Translations under genes and position numbers: made by a program
IMG/VR virus record: IMGVR_UViG_3300045410_000063
Coordinates: 1 to 40,101 of that record
Length of the DNA stretch: 40,101 nt
Direction: 5' to 3' (one strand)
Source: a virus
Taxonomy: Duplodnaviria; Caudoviricetes
In this document: one piece after another, positions 25,404-35,487 of the stretch
Position numbering within the stretch: the first letter of the stretch is position 1
Layout of the letters: every line of letters begins with the position of its first letter
Notes under the pieces: generated by a model
What the model was told of the DNA's origin: nothing
The model's input: the letters and a program-made list of their open reading frames with translations, nothing else
Database searches by the model: none

Positions 25404-26392
25404 GCCGCGGCCCCCTGCTTCTGCTGTGCCAGGTAGCCGGGCAGCCAGTGCTCTGCGTACCAGGCGACCGTCGACTGGATGCCGCCGGCCAACCCGACGA
25501 GCCCGGCCGGGTCGATATCGACCAGCGCCAGCGTGTCGGTGTCGGCGGTGACGGTGGCCCCCGGGGTTTCGCCGGGACGCATCGGGAGGTGCTCGACGCC
25601 GACGGCCGAGTGACCCAACCGTTCGGTGGCGGCGATGACCAGTTCGGCGACCTCGACGACCGTCGAATGGTGGACGGGTCCGACCTCGACGGCCCGGTCG
25701 AACACGTCCCCGGCGGCGGCGTGCTCCAAGGCCCGCACGAGTGCTTGGGCGACGTCGGTGACGTGCACCATGTCGGAGACCTGGAGGCCGTCGCCGTACA
25801 CCTCGATCGGTGCACCGGTGAGCGCCCGGCACGCGAACGCCGGGGTGATCTTGCGGACCTTCGCCGGACCGAACGGTGGGGCGATCGACTGGCGGGGCCC
25901 GTAGGCGTTGACGCCACGGACGATGTTGCACCGGGTGCCGCGCTCGCGGTTGTACATCTCGATGTACCGCTCGATCGTGTGCTTGGAGATCGAGTAGGGG
26001 TTGGTCATCCACCAGTTCCCGACCGAGATGTACGTGCCGGGGATCTTGTACTGGGCGGTCGCCTCCAGGAAGTTGAGGCCGCCCATCACGTTCGTCTCGG
26101 CGGCGGGCCTCGGGTTGCCGATCGTCTCCTGGGTGCCGAGGCAGGCGGCGAGGTGGATGACGCCGTCGGCGTGCGCGGCGAGCTCGCACATCGCGGTCGG
26201 GTCCCGGACGTCGCCGCGCATGGCCGTGACGATGTCGTAGTCCGACCAGTCACGCCCGTTGTGGGTGAGCTCCAGGCGCGGGGCGGAGCGGCCCTTGTGG
26301 TCGAACACGACGACGTGGTGGCCGCGCTGTACTGCGGCTTCGATCACGTGTTGGCCGATGAACCCGTGGCCGCCGGTGATGCCGATCTTCAT
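25400..26392 (-). CDS. NAD-dependent epimerase/dehydratase (extended SDR)
   Basis: GITGGHGFIG, VIHLAA, YSISK, NAYGPRQ, VYGDG, MRPGE. AGGAG RBS. Confidence 0.92.
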   Translation of the reverse strand: MKIGITGGHGFIGQHVIEAAVQRGHHVVVFDHKGRSAPRLELTHNGRDWSDYDIVTAMRGDVRDPTAMCELAAHADGVIHLAACLGTQETIGNPRPAAETNVMGGLNFLEATAQYKIPGTYISVGNWWMTNPYSISKHTIERYIEMYNRERGTRCNIVRGVNAYGPRQSIAPPFGPAKVRKITPAFACRALTGAPIEVYGDGLQVSDMVHVTDVAQALVRALEHAAAGDVFDRAVEVGPVHHSTVVEVAELVIAATERLGHSAVGVEHLPMRPGETPGATVTADTDTLALVDIDPAGLVGLAGGIQSTVAWYAEHWLPGYLAQQKQGAAA

Positions 26393-26408
26393 GTTTGGTC
26401 TCCTGCTG

Positions 26409-27119
26409 TCAGGGCCCGACCCGGGCCAGGTTGAGTCGCACCCACGCGTCCGATGCCAGAGCCGTGAGAGCCAGGTTTCCACCGTTGGTCTGGTACACCG
26501 ACACTCGGATCACGGCGCCGGCGGCGAGGCGCCGCAGGAACGTGACGTGCGTGTCCGCGGTCGTGGTGCCCGGCCCACCGGTGTTTGCTCCTACGGATGC
26601 CCCGTCGACGGTGATGGCCGTGAACCGCTGCCCGCCGGTCCCGGCCGCCCACCGGGTTGTTGCCGCCCCGGCCCACAGTCCGGCGGCGCCGGCGGCGAGC
26701 GTGAACTTGTGGCCGACGCCGTCCGTTGCTCTGGTGACCAGTGGCGTGGCGGTGGTTTCGGTGCCGAACGCGACGAGTGTCTCGCTGCCGTTGCCGATCG
26801 TCTGGTTGCCGGACGCGTTCCATTCGCCGTCCGGTCGCCCGACACTGCCGGGCAGGAGCCTGCCGACGATCACGTACGTGCGGCCAACCGGGACCAGGAC
26901 CACCCGGTCGGACGCGGCGGGAACGTAACCGGCGACGATCGGGTACTGCTTGGTCGACATGGTCGACTCGCCGTCGAACGTGACCTTCGGCAGGGCCGGT
27001 GTGGCCGGCCACCCGGCGCCGAGCGCGTAGGCGGGGTCGACGGTCGCGAGCTTGGCGCCCGGGGGCAGGTCAGCTCGGGCGGCACCAGAGACGGCGGCGA
27101 GGAAGTCGACGGCGTCCAT
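26409..27119 (-). CDS. Minor tail/tail-tip protein (OB-like N-terminus, C1q/jelly-roll-like C-terminus)
   Basis: LATVDPAY...KVTFDGE...YVPAASDRVVL and GAVIRVSVYQTNGG. Follows the tail hub gene. Confidence 0.65.
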   Translation of the reverse strand: MDAVDFLAAVSGAARADLPPGAKLATVDPAYALGAGWPATPALPKVTFDGESTMSTKQYPIVAGYVPAASDRVVLVPVGRTYVIVGRLLPGSVGRPDGEWNASGNQTIGNGSETLVAFGTETTATPLVTRATDGVGHKFTLAAGAAGLWAGAATTRWAAGTGGQRFTAITVDGASVGANTGGPGTTTADTHVTFLRRLAAGAVIRVSVYQTNGGNLALTALASDAWVRLNLARVGP

Positions 27120-28261
27120 CACACCGCCAACGACACGACTCGTCGGGCCCGGTGGGTCATGGGGGCGCCGGCCTGCAAGTCCATCTCCCAGCGGTGTTCG
27201 CTGTAAGAGGCGTCGAGGCCGAGCGGCCCGTAGGTGATGCGGTAGACGTCGTTGCCGGAGTGCAGCGGGTTGAGGCCCGACGAGAAGTCGATGGCTTCGT
27301 ACACCTGCGAGGCCTCGAACGCGACGCGGGCGACGATGGAGTCGAGGGTGGCTTGGTCGGCGGCGTCCTGCACGGTCGCGAAGTCGGTGATGGTCCGTTG
27401 GCGGCGCACGGTCGACGTGAGACTGGCGGGGTCGGTGTTCGTCAGGGTCGACGTGATGACCGACCGGTCGGGTTCGCTCACGGTACGCACCCAGTGGTTG
27501 GCGATGGACCACAGGTCGAGGGTCTGGTCCACCTTCGGGATCACGAGGCCGTTGCTGTCGTCCGCGTAGGTGTACTCGTCAGTGCGTTCCGACGGCGGCT
27601 GGTAGGCCCGGGCGATGTAGGTGCCGTCCTCGTCGACGCTCAACGACTGGTAGTTGAGGCCACCGAGGAGCTCGTTGACGATGGCAAGCTTGGTGGTGCC
27701 CGGGTCCCACTCGGCGGCGGCGGCCAGGGTCTTGGTGCTCGACTCGACGTTGTAGGCGGCGCCCGCCGGGAGCAGCGCGAGGACCGCGGTCGTGTACGCG
27801 GTGCCGGCGGCGACGTGGTAGCGGTCGGCGACCTTGTCGTCGGCGAGGACCTGGAGCAGGTCGTAGCCTTCGACGTCGCGGTGCACGTGCCCGGCTTCGG
27901 TCACCGACCGGGATGGCGTCGACAGCATGAACACGCCTTGGGGCCACTCAACCCAGTTGTCTGCCCCGAACGGCGGCAGATGCAACCGCACCCACGGCTT
28001 CACCCTGTCCGACAGGTAGTCGATGTAGTCCTCTTCCTCGAAGTGGAAGGTGGCGGTCCGTTTGATGTCGGCCAGCCAGTTCTGCGCCACGCTGCCGTGT
28101 TCGACGTTGCCGAGGTCGGCGACCTTGGTGTTCGTGGAGTCGAGGAGCTCGTACCGGAACGACCAGCGGCGCGTCCCGGTGACACCGGCGATGCCGGCGA
28201 GGATCTCGGCAGCCGTGTACCCCGTGGGGTTGTGGTCGACGGTGGGGACGACGGCCTGCAT
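27119..28261 (-). CDS. Tail tip/hub (Tal-like) minor tail protein
   Basis: Synteny after the TMP and large tail protein. EWPQGVFMLSTP...GYDLLQVL...PLHSGNDV. Confidence 0.7.
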   Translation of the reverse strand: MQAVVPTVDHNPTGYTAAEILAGIAGVTGTRRWSFRYELLDSTNTKVADLGNVEHGSVAQNWLADIKRTATFHFEEEDYIDYLSDRVKPWVRLHLPPFGADNWVEWPQGVFMLSTPSRSVTEAGHVHRDVEGYDLLQVLADDKVADRYHVAAGTAYTTAVLALLPAGAAYNVESSTKTLAAAAEWDPGTTKLAIVNELLGGLNYQSLSVDEDGTYIARAYQPPSERTDEYTYADDSNGLVIPKVDQTLDLWSIANHWVRTVSEPDRSVITSTLTNTDPASLTSTVRRQRTITDFATVQDAADQATLDSIVARVAFEASQVYEAIDFSSGLNPLHSGNDVYRITYGPLGLDASYSEHRWEMDLQAGAPMTHRARRVVSLAV

Positions 28262-28304
28262 CAGGACTCGCCTCGGGAGCGCATGGCGGCGGTGACGGTC
28301 TGCA

Positions 28305-31300
28305 TCAGCTTGGGATGGTCGTGTAGGTCTCGTCGTAGTCGACACGGGTGACGGTCACCTGGATCGATGTCCCCCACTGCTCGTCGCTCTCCGAGTAGGT
28401 GACGGTCCCGAAGACGCGCCGCCCTCTCGTGTCGCGCACACACAGCGTCGTCTTCGCCCGGGCGAACGCCCCGACGGCCGCGACGTCAGCGATCCACGTT
28501 GGTCCGTGCTCGATCTGGATGGCCGCCGACAGCTCCTCGGCGTCGTGCTCACCGAAGTCGTAGACCGGGTACTGGCGGCCCGCGTAGTAGGCGCCGACGC
28601 CCATCGTGTCGTGACCGAGACCCTTGCCGGACACGGACCCGTAGCGGAACTGGTAGGCGGAGTCGTCGGCTTCGGCCGGGTCGACGGGGTCGTGGATCCA
28701 CACGCCCTGCAAGTCGAGGGTGGCCTGTTCGGTGTCGGAGTCGGTGGTGGTGTCGTCCGCCGAGACCGCCCGGGCCAGGTACTCGTAGGTGATCTGGGAG
28801 GCGGCGGTGTAGTCCTTCCAGGTGCCGTCCTCGACGACTGCGCCGATGACCGTCCAGTCGTCGCCGGCGGCGAGCCCGGTGAGCGCACGGCGCAGGATCT
28901 GCGCGTACGTGACCGACGGCTTGGAGCCGGTGGGGCTGGGGTTCGTGACCACGATCGACGTGTGGCCCTCGTCGGGGACTTCGGTGACGGTGATCGACGG
29001 CTGGTCCGGGGAGTCGAAGTCGGGGGTGACGAGCCGGGTGCCGGTCTGGGATTCGACAGCGAGCGCGGTGCGGGTCGTGACCTCGATGCGCTGTTCGACG
29101 TCCGACAACAGGCCGGTGACGGTGTGCGTGACGTCCGCGGACGTGACCCACCCGGACGTGTAGACGAGCGCTTCGGTATCGGTGCGGTACACCTCGACCC
29201 GGTAGTCGGCCTGGGTGGCGCCGGCGAGCGACCAGGCGACCGGGTAGGTGTTGACGATGAAGTTGGATGGGTTGTCGGCGACGGGGTCGGTGACCGTGAC
29301 CGTGCCACCGACCCCGGTGCTGAACGCGGCGTACGTGGACCAGGCACCGGACGCGCCCGCTTCGTCCCAGGTGCGGACCCGCCACTGCCACGACCCGGGA
29401 CTGGCGAGCGTCGACGCGGCGAGGGTGTAGCTGCCGGTGGTGCCGGACGTCTGGCCGGTGTCGAACTCGTCGACCCCGGACGCCGTGTTGACGTCCAACT
29501 GGAAGCTGGTCTGGGTATCGCCGATATCAGGGTCATTGAACGACCAGTCGAACGACGCCGAGGCGTTGCCGTCGAAGTTCGATCGGGACGCGAGGGTCGG
29601 CGCGGTCGGTGCCTCGTTCGGGGTGTCGACGATGTAGATCGTCGACAGCGTGCCGCCACTGGTGCGGTTCGCGACCGCGATCAGGCTTCGCCGTGGTGTG
29701 CCCGACCCGCGGGCGACCCGGACCGCCAGGTTCGTTGACCCTGACGCACCGACCGTCGCGTTGACCTCGACCTCTTCGCGGGTCGCCGTGTACGTGTTCA
29801 TGCTCACGGCCGTACGCATCAGGCGCCGGCCGTCGGCGGTGTCGAAGTAGTACACCCAGATCTTGTTGGGTCCGGTCACGTAGGCGGCGTCCCAGGCGTG
29901 CGACTCGGCGAGCGTCGCCGCCGACGGCATCGTCGACAGGGACTCGTTCGACAGGCGCACGCGGCCCAGGAGCGTCCAACTCGACGACGACCCCGTGTTG
30001 CGCAGCGCCCCGACGGTCAGTCCCCACGCCGAGTCGCTGTCCGCGGACACGGTCACCGTGGTGTCCGCCGACACCGGAATTATCCGCAGCTTCGACGCCC
30101 CGGTCTTCACACCCCACGTCGCCGCCGAGCCGCTCGTCGGGGTGTCGGTGAACACGGACGCGAACGCGGTGCCCGACGAGTTGAGGATGTAGCGGGCTTT
30201 CGTGGTCTGCTGGTTGTCGCCGATCTGCCCGAGACGCGACCACGAGTGCAGAGCCCCTTTCGTGGACGACAGCGCGGTCACGTCCATCCCCGAACCGGTG
30301 TCGTTCATGGGCGCCGCCCACACATACGGCGACACGGCCGGCGTGAACTGGCCGACCATCGTCCCGGTGGCCCGCAGCAGCGTCCCGGTGGCGGTGCGGG
30401 CGACGGTGGCGTCGATGATGTGCCAGGCGCCCTCGTAGCCGGTCACGGCGTGGTAGCCGTCGGAGCTGGTGCGGGTGGCGAACACGACGAGGGTGCCGCC
30501 ACCGACCGAATGCCACGCCCCCGCGAAGTTGTTGAGGTTGTTGTCCCAGCTGCCGAAGCCGGCGACGACCGTGGTCTGCGGTGTCCACGAGTAACCAGAG
30601 CCCTTGTTGTAGGCCTTGATCGCCAGGTTGTTTTCGGTGGTGCCCTCCCGGCCCAACACGAACAGGTTGTCGCTGGAGTCGACGACGAGCGCGAGCTGCT
30701 GGGCGCCGTGACCCGGTTGGACAGCGAGGTGGCCGGCCGTTTCACCGGTCGGGATCGTCGCCTTCGTGGTCGCGGTGCCGGCGGTGTCGACGTGACGCAG
30801 CAGAACGGTCGGGGTCGCGGCCCCGTTCGATTCGAGGACCATCCAGGTGCCGTCAGAGAGCTGCACCTGGGCGCCCATGACACCGTGCAACGTCGACGCC
30901 GGCGTCGACGACACGACGAGAGCCGGGTCGAGCGCGGTCTCGGACAGCCAGATCGCATGCCACTCGTCGGAGGTGTTGTTGACGTCGTAGATGAGTTGCC
31001 GGTCGGTGACGAGCACGAACCGGTACGGACTCGACGTGGTGCGCAGCAGGGTGACGAGGTCGTCGGATCCGGCGAAGCTGTCCTGGGTGGTGCTGGCGAA
31101 CTCGGCGGACACGAGACGGAACGCACGGGTCGATCCGAAGACGTCGAGCGGGTTGAACCAGTCGCCGGCGTCGACGCTCGCCCCCCAGTCCTGAGTCCAC
31201 ATCATCGCCGAGACCGGCGCGCCCAGCTGGTGTTGGGAGTGGCGGACACCGATGACGGCGGCGGTGACCACCTCGTTCGACGGCACCGAGTAGGCGAACG

Positions 31301-31478
31301 ACAGGAACGTCTCGAACACGTCGTAGGTGGACCCAGTGCGCCCGAGCCCGTAGACGCCTTCGTTGCCGCCGGGGGCTACCGCGGTTGCGCCGGCGCCGTT
31401 GACGGCGTCGTTGTAGACGGTCGACCCGGCGGTGACGTAGCCGTCGGCGGACTGCGAGAACGCGACGGTGGTCGTCAC
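28305..31478 (-). CDS. Large minor tail protein with FN3/Ig-like domains
   Basis: 1057 aa, Thr/Ser-rich. NEAPTAPT...FDWSFNDPD.GDTQTSFQL...WQWRVRTWD..GA.GAWS FN3-like motif. Confidence 0.8.
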   Translation of the reverse strand: MTTTVAFSQSADGYVTAGSTVYNDAVNGAGATAVAPGGNEGVYGLGRTGSTYDVFETFLSFAYSVPSNEVVTAAVIGVRHSQHQLGAPVSAMMWTQDWGASVDAGDWFNPLDVFGSTRAFRLVSAEFASTTQDSFAGSDDLVTLLRTTSSPYRFVLVTDRQLIYDVNNTSDEWHAIWLSETALDPALVVSSTPASTLHGVMGAQVQLSDGTWMVLESNGAATPTVLLRHVDTAGTATTKATIPTGETAGHLAVQPGHGAQQLALVVDSSDNLFVLGREGTTENNLAIKAYNKGSGYSWTPQTTVVAGFGSWDNNLNNFAGAWHSVGGGTLVVFATRTSSDGYHAVTGYEGAWHIIDATVARTATGTLLRATGTMVGQFTPAVSPYVWAAPMNDTGSGMDVTALSSTKGALHSWSRLGQIGDNQQTTKARYILNSSGTAFASVFTDTPTSGSAATWGVKTGASKLRIIPVSADTTVTVSADSDSAWGLTVGALRNTGSSSSWTLLGRVRLSNESLSTMPSAATLAESHAWDAAYVTGPNKIWVYYFDTADGRRLMRTAVSMNTYTATREEVEVNATVGASGSTNLAVRVARGSGTPRRSLIAVANRTSGGTLSTIYIVDTPNEAPTAPTLASRSNFDGNASASFDWSFNDPDIGDTQTSFQLDVNTASGVDEFDTGQTSGTTGSYTLAASTLASPGSWQWRVRTWDEAGASGAWSTYAAFSTGVGGTVTVTDPVADNPSNFIVNTYPVAWSLAGATQADYRVEVYRTDTEALVYTSGWVTSADVTHTVTGLLSDVEQRIEVTTRTALAVESQTGTRLVTPDFDSPDQPSITVTEVPDEGHTSIVVTNPSPTGSKPSVTYAQILRRALTGLAAGDDWTVIGAVVEDGTWKDYTAASQITYEYLARAVSADDTTTDSDTEQATLDLQGVWIHDPVDPAEADDSAYQFRYGSVSGKGLGHDTMGVGAYYAGRQYPVYDFGEHDAEELSAAIQIEHGPTWIADVAAVGAFARAKTTLCVRDTRGRRVFGTVTYSESDEQWGTSIQVTVTRVDYDETYTTIPS

Positions 31479-31861
31479 CGGGCCCTCCGGGGGCGGGCGC
31501 CACCGAACCGGCCGACCGCTTCGGCGAGCGCCGCGAGCGGATCCTCCCGGAAGCGGCGGCCGTTGATCTCGATCGGACCGGTCGGGTCCGTCGCGTACCT
31601 CGGGGGGTTGACGACCCGGTAGTGGGGGTCGCCGCGTTCGGTGTCACCGACCACGAACACCTCGACGTGCGCGGGCGCGGTGTCGGTGGCTGCGACGTAG
31701 CGGACGTCGCCGAGGGTCACCGGCCCGTGGGCGGTGTCGTGTGTCGACGTCTTGGATGGCCGAGCCGCGGCGGCGTCCGCGGCGTCGCGGGCTTTCACGC
31801 CAGCGCTCTTCGGGACCCGCGGCGGGTTCACGGGCACATCGGGTGGGGACCGGTCGCTCAC
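31475..31861 (-). CDS. Hypothetical protein between TMP and tail protein
   Basis: AGGAG RBS, GTGA overlaps at both ends. Confidence 0.65.
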   Translation of the reverse strand: MSDRSPPDVPVNPPRVPKSAGVKARDAADAAAARPSKTSTHDTAHGPVTLGDVRYVAATDTAPAHVEVFVVGDTERGDPHYRVVNPPRYATDPTGPIEINGRRFREDPLAALAEAVGRFGGARPRRAR

Positions 31862-34782
31862 AGTCGGCTCCTGGACGGCCCGGCCATCGTTCGGGCGACG
31901 GCGGGAATGCTGTTCATCATCCGGACGATCTTGGCGAAGTCGTCGATGGCCGAGACGTCGACGGTCATGGCGACGTTGAAGGTCTGGTAGACGGCGGGCG
32001 GGCCGCTGGTCGGCGCCGAGGGGAGCGGCGGAGCGAGCGGCATGGGGGTGGTCGAGCGGAGGATGTCCTGCATGCGGCCGCCGAGCGCGCCGCTGTCCCA
32101 CCACATTTTGCCGGTGCCCTGCCACGGCGACAGCCACTTCGACACGGCCGACGACCCGTACTCGGGGACCAGGAGCCGCCGGTTCTTCACGCCGTTCGTG
32201 GTGCCCGACAGCCACTTCGCGTACTCGGCGGACATCCCCTGGAACGACAGATCCTCGAAGAGGCGGCCGCCGGTACCCCACAGGTGCGCGGCCAACTCGA
32301 ACGCGGCGTCACGTAGCCCGAACACGGGTGCCTGCGCAGCGGCCGCCATCGGGGCGACGATGTCAGCCACAGCGGTCCTCACGACATGCTGCAGCGCCGG
32401 CATGGCCGCCTCGATCCCGGAGCCGATACCGGCGGGAATCCAGCGGCCGACCTCGCTGGCCATCACCTTCGACGGGGACCCGATCCCGAGCGCAGCCTTG
32501 AACCCGGCGACAGCGTTCGCGGCCGCGCGGCGGGCGGCGTCGGTAACGAACCCGGTGGCCGACGAGATGCCGTTGGCGACGCCACGGACAATGTCCTGGC
32601 CGATCCCGTACGCCGAACCCACCGCGGACGACAGGGCACCGGCGACGGCGCCAGCGAACCCCCCGAGGGCGCCCCGGGCCCGGTCGGGCAGCGACGCCAA
32701 CGTCCCGGCCACGGAGTTCACTGTGTTCGACGCTTGACCTGTCGCCTGGTCTTTCGCCCCGAAGAACGCCCCGGAGATCGCCCCCCACAGGCCCGACACC
32801 GCGGCGCCGGCCCGGCCGGGGAGCGTCGAGAAGAACCCGGTCGTCGAGTCGACTGCCGCCACCGCGATGTTGACCATGGAGTCACGAGCCGCGTTGAACA
32901 CACCGGACACGATCCCGGGGATAGCGGAGATGGCCGCGGAGATCCGACCGGGCAGGGCGATCACGTGAGCGGCGACCATGCCCACAGCGAACCCGACGCT
33001 ATAGGTGACCGCGTCGAACACGGCGACCACTCCAGCGGCGAGGACCCCGGGAAGCGCGGCGACCCCGGCCGCGATCTGACCAGGCAGTGCCGTCACGAAC
33101 GCGTCGATCGAAGCGACGAACCCCCCGACCGTGGCGGCAACCCCGGCGATAAACCCAGGGACCGCGGCCACGACCATTGTCACGGCTCCGACGACGGAGC
33201 CGAACCAAGCGGCGACCCGCCCGAAGAACCCTTCGATGGCCTCGATGAACCCGCCGATCGCCCCTGGGATGTTCCCGAGCCAACCGAGCACGGTCTGGGT
33301 GACACCGATGATCGAGTCAAGGGCGTTGATGATCGTGCCCGCAGCGTCGAGCCCGGCCTTGCCCCACACCATGAAGCTCTCGACCCACTGGCGGATCCGC
33401 TCGGCGTTCTCCGGGTTGTCGAGCCACGCCGAAATCTCGTCGAGTTTCGCGACGAGGCCCGACATGGTGGCCTGGCCTTCGGCGACACCGGGGAACAGGA
33501 CACCGAGGAACTTGCCGGTGACGATGATCAGACCACCGAGGACGTCGAGCAGCCCCTTCGCCTCCTTCATGGCATCCATGAACACGCCGTCGAGGCGCCC
33601 GGCGTCGTCCAGGCCAACGATCCACGCCTGGAACCACTCGGAGAGCTGCAGGACCTTCTCAGCGAGCTTGGTCATCACCGGGATCGCGGACTCGCCGATC
33701 CGCAGGAACGCGTTGACGAGGTTCGGGATGACCCCCGACACGATCCGCAGGGCGTCGCCCATCGCCGTGAAAATCGAGGCGACCATCTCGATGTTGCGGG
33801 GCGCCCCGAACGCCGCGAGGACGCCCCGGGCGATGGCGTTCAAGCCGTCGGCGATGCGACCGATGAACGGGTCGAGAACGCCGAGCCGGTTGATCATCCC
33901 GGACAGGATCGGGGCGAGCCCAGCGAAGAGGCGTTCCTGGGCTAGCCGCCCGATCCGTTCGAGCAGGCCGTGCACCGGGGTGAGCGCGACGACGAACGCG
34001 CGGGCCGACGGGGTGAGCTTCGCGAGCGCGTCGGATGCGACCTTCCCGGTCGTGACCATGTCCTTCAACGCGGGCAGCAGCCCGCCTTGCAAGCCGAGAG
34101 CGAGCGCGGCAGCGACACCAGTCAAACCGAACGCGGCGGTGGACAGACCTCCGACGGCGGCGACCGCGAGACCGGTGATCGACGGCAGCAGAGTGAGGCC
34201 GGCGAACAGGGCGGACAGCGGGACGAGCACCGCGGAGACCGACGACGTGACCCAGCCGATCGGGCCTTGCAGGCCACCGAAGCTGGCCCCGAACCCGCCG
34301 ACGCTCCCGGGTCCGGATCCGCCCAACCCGGACAGCAGGCCGCGCAGCAACAGGAGTTGTGCGAGCGCGGCCCCCAAGTCGATGTTCACGTTCAACGTGA
34401 TCGTGCGCAACGCCGGGGGAATCAGGCGGATCGCGGCGGCGATCTTCGCCGCCAGGTCGCTCGGGTCGATGTCGACGAGCAACTGGATCGTGCGGGCCGC
34501 CCGCGGGATCCGACCGACAGCACCGTTGACGGCGGTGGCGATCACCAGCGGATCGAAGTCCACGAGCAACTGCACGGTCCGCGCCGCACGCGGAATCCGA
34601 CCTACCGCCCCATTCACCGCCGCCGCTATCCGGGAGGCGTCCACGTCCGTCAACAACTCAACCGTCCGGGCCGCACGGGAGATCGACGCCACCGCCGCCT
34701 GCACCCGGCGTTGCAGGTCGCCGTGGTCGACCTCACCGACGATCTCGATGAACCCGTCCGCGATCTTGAACCCCGCCGGCAT
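31858..34782 (-). CDS. Tape measure protein
   Basis: 974 aa, Ala/Gly-rich amphipathic sequence, ALGIGSPSKVM..EVGRWIPAGI motif, follows the tail chaperones. Confidence 0.92.
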   Translation of the reverse strand: MPAGFKIADGFIEIVGEVDHGDLQRRVQAAVASISRAARTVELLTDVDASRIAAAVNGAVGRIPRAARTVQLLVDFDPLVIATAVNGAVGRIPRAARTIQLLVDIDPSDLAAKIAAAIRLIPPALRTITLNVNIDLGAALAQLLLLRGLLSGLGGSGPGSVGGFGASFGGLQGPIGWVTSSVSAVLVPLSALFAGLTLLPSITGLAVAAVGGLSTAAFGLTGVAAALALGLQGGLLPALKDMVTTGKVASDALAKLTPSARAFVVALTPVHGLLERIGRLAQERLFAGLAPILSGMINRLGVLDPFIGRIADGLNAIARGVLAAFGAPRNIEMVASIFTAMGDALRIVSGVIPNLVNAFLRIGESAIPVMTKLAEKVLQLSEWFQAWIVGLDDAGRLDGVFMDAMKEAKGLLDVLGGLIIVTGKFLGVLFPGVAEGQATMSGLVAKLDEISAWLDNPENAERIRQWVESFMVWGKAGLDAAGTIINALDSIIGVTQTVLGWLGNIPGAIGGFIEAIEGFFGRVAAWFGSVVGAVTMVVAAVPGFIAGVAATVGGFVASIDAFVTALPGQIAAGVAALPGVLAAGVVAVFDAVTYSVGFAVGMVAAHVIALPGRISAAISAIPGIVSGVFNAARDSMVNIAVAAVDSTTGFFSTLPGRAGAAVSGLWGAISGAFFGAKDQATGQASNTVNSVAGTLASLPDRARGALGGFAGAVAGALSSAVGSAYGIGQDIVRGVANGISSATGFVTDAARRAAANAVAGFKAALGIGSPSKVMASEVGRWIPAGIGSGIEAAMPALQHVVRTAVADIVAPMAAAAQAPVFGLRDAAFELAAHLWGTGGRLFEDLSFQGMSAEYAKWLSGTTNGVKNRRLLVPEYGSSAVSKWLSPWQGTGKMWWDSGALGGRMQDILRSTTPMPLAPPLPSAPTSGPPAVYQTFNVAMTVDVSAIDDFAKIVRMMNSIPAVARTMAGPSRSRL

Positions 34783-34788
34783 GTGCCG

Positions 34789-35082
34789 TCACCTCCCTTC
34801 GGCTTCGAGTGCCACCATCTGTTCGGGTGACACGACGGTCGCCCCGGCCGGAATGTTGCGGTTCGCGTCGTCCTGCTCGGCCCGGAGCCGGGCGGACATG
34901 ACCCCGCCGAACGCCACGACCCGTTCGGCGAGACCCACGAACTCGGGGCCCGTCAGCTCGTCGAGCGCTTCCGCGACCGGGAGGCCGTAGAAGCGGCGGA
35001 AGTCGGCGTCGAGGTCGTCGAGGTGGCCCGGGATCCACGCCCACCGTTGCGCCGCCCGGCGCGCCGGGCCGCCCGGTTTCCC
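34789..35082 (-). CDS. Tail assembly chaperone, -1 frameshift extension (gpT-like)
   Basis: The -1 frame after the slippery site reads ...WIPGHLDDLDADFRRFYGL... and ends just before the TMP start. Confidence 0.8.
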   Translation of the reverse strand, partial: GKPGGPARRAAQRWAWIPGHLDDLDADFRRFYGLPVAEALDELTGPEFVGLAERVVAFGGVMSARLRAEQDDANRNIPAGATVVSPEQMVALEAEGR

Positions 35083-35390
35083 TGGCCGTCCTCCTCCAGC
35101 ACAGCTAGGGCACGGTCGACGACGCCGTTCGTGATCGTGCGCAGCTGCCCGCTGTCGATGTCGGCGCAGTCGAGTAGGGCGTCGTAGCCGTCGCCGAGCA
35201 TCTCGCGCAGCAGCCACGCTGTCGCGGCCGCCTCGCCGCGTGTCCCGAGGACGTCGACGAACTGGAGACCCACGTTCGCTGGCGGGTCGGCGGGCATGTG
35301 GTACTCGTCGCCGTCGATACTGAAGACGTGGACGGTGTCGACGGTTTCGCTGTCGGGATGGTCGGTGGTGGTGATGAGAACGGGTTCCAA
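34953..35390 (-). CDS. Tail assembly chaperone (gpG-like)
   Basis: AGGAG RBS with TTG at 35390. VFSIDGDEYHMP...EMLGDGYDAL. Confidence 0.8.
   Translation of the reverse strand: MEPVLITTTDHPDSETVDTVHVFSIDGDEYHMPADPPANVGLQFVDVLGTRGEAAATAWLLREMLGDGYDALLDCADIDSGQLRTITNGVVDRALAVLEEDGQGNRAARRAGRRNGGRGSRATSTTSTPTSAASTASRSRKRSTS
35076..35082 (-). other. Programmed -1 ribosomal frameshift slippery site G GGA AAC
   Basis: X XXY YYZ heptamer in the correct frame (CAG GGA AAC) at the canonical position. Confidence 0.85.
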
Positions 35391-35418
35391 GAGTGCTCCT
35401 GGTATCGGGTGTGGTTGG

Positions 35419-35470
35419 CTGACCGGACCCCCAGTCGCCGCGCCGCGAGGTGGCGTGGGGATCCGGTCAG
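35419..35470 (-). terminator. Hairpin after the major tail gene (attenuator/stabiliser)
   Basis: CTGACCGGA / TCCGGTCAG stem plus inner pairing. Confidence 0.6.
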
Positions 35471-35487
35471 TCAGCTGCACCCGGACG

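Noticed and set aside
16571-34990. Many long plus-strand ORFs (for example 18158-19912, 29898-31622, 33131-34990)
   Set aside because: They are antisense shadows of minus-strand phage genes, expected in high-GC DNA, with no motifs or RBS.
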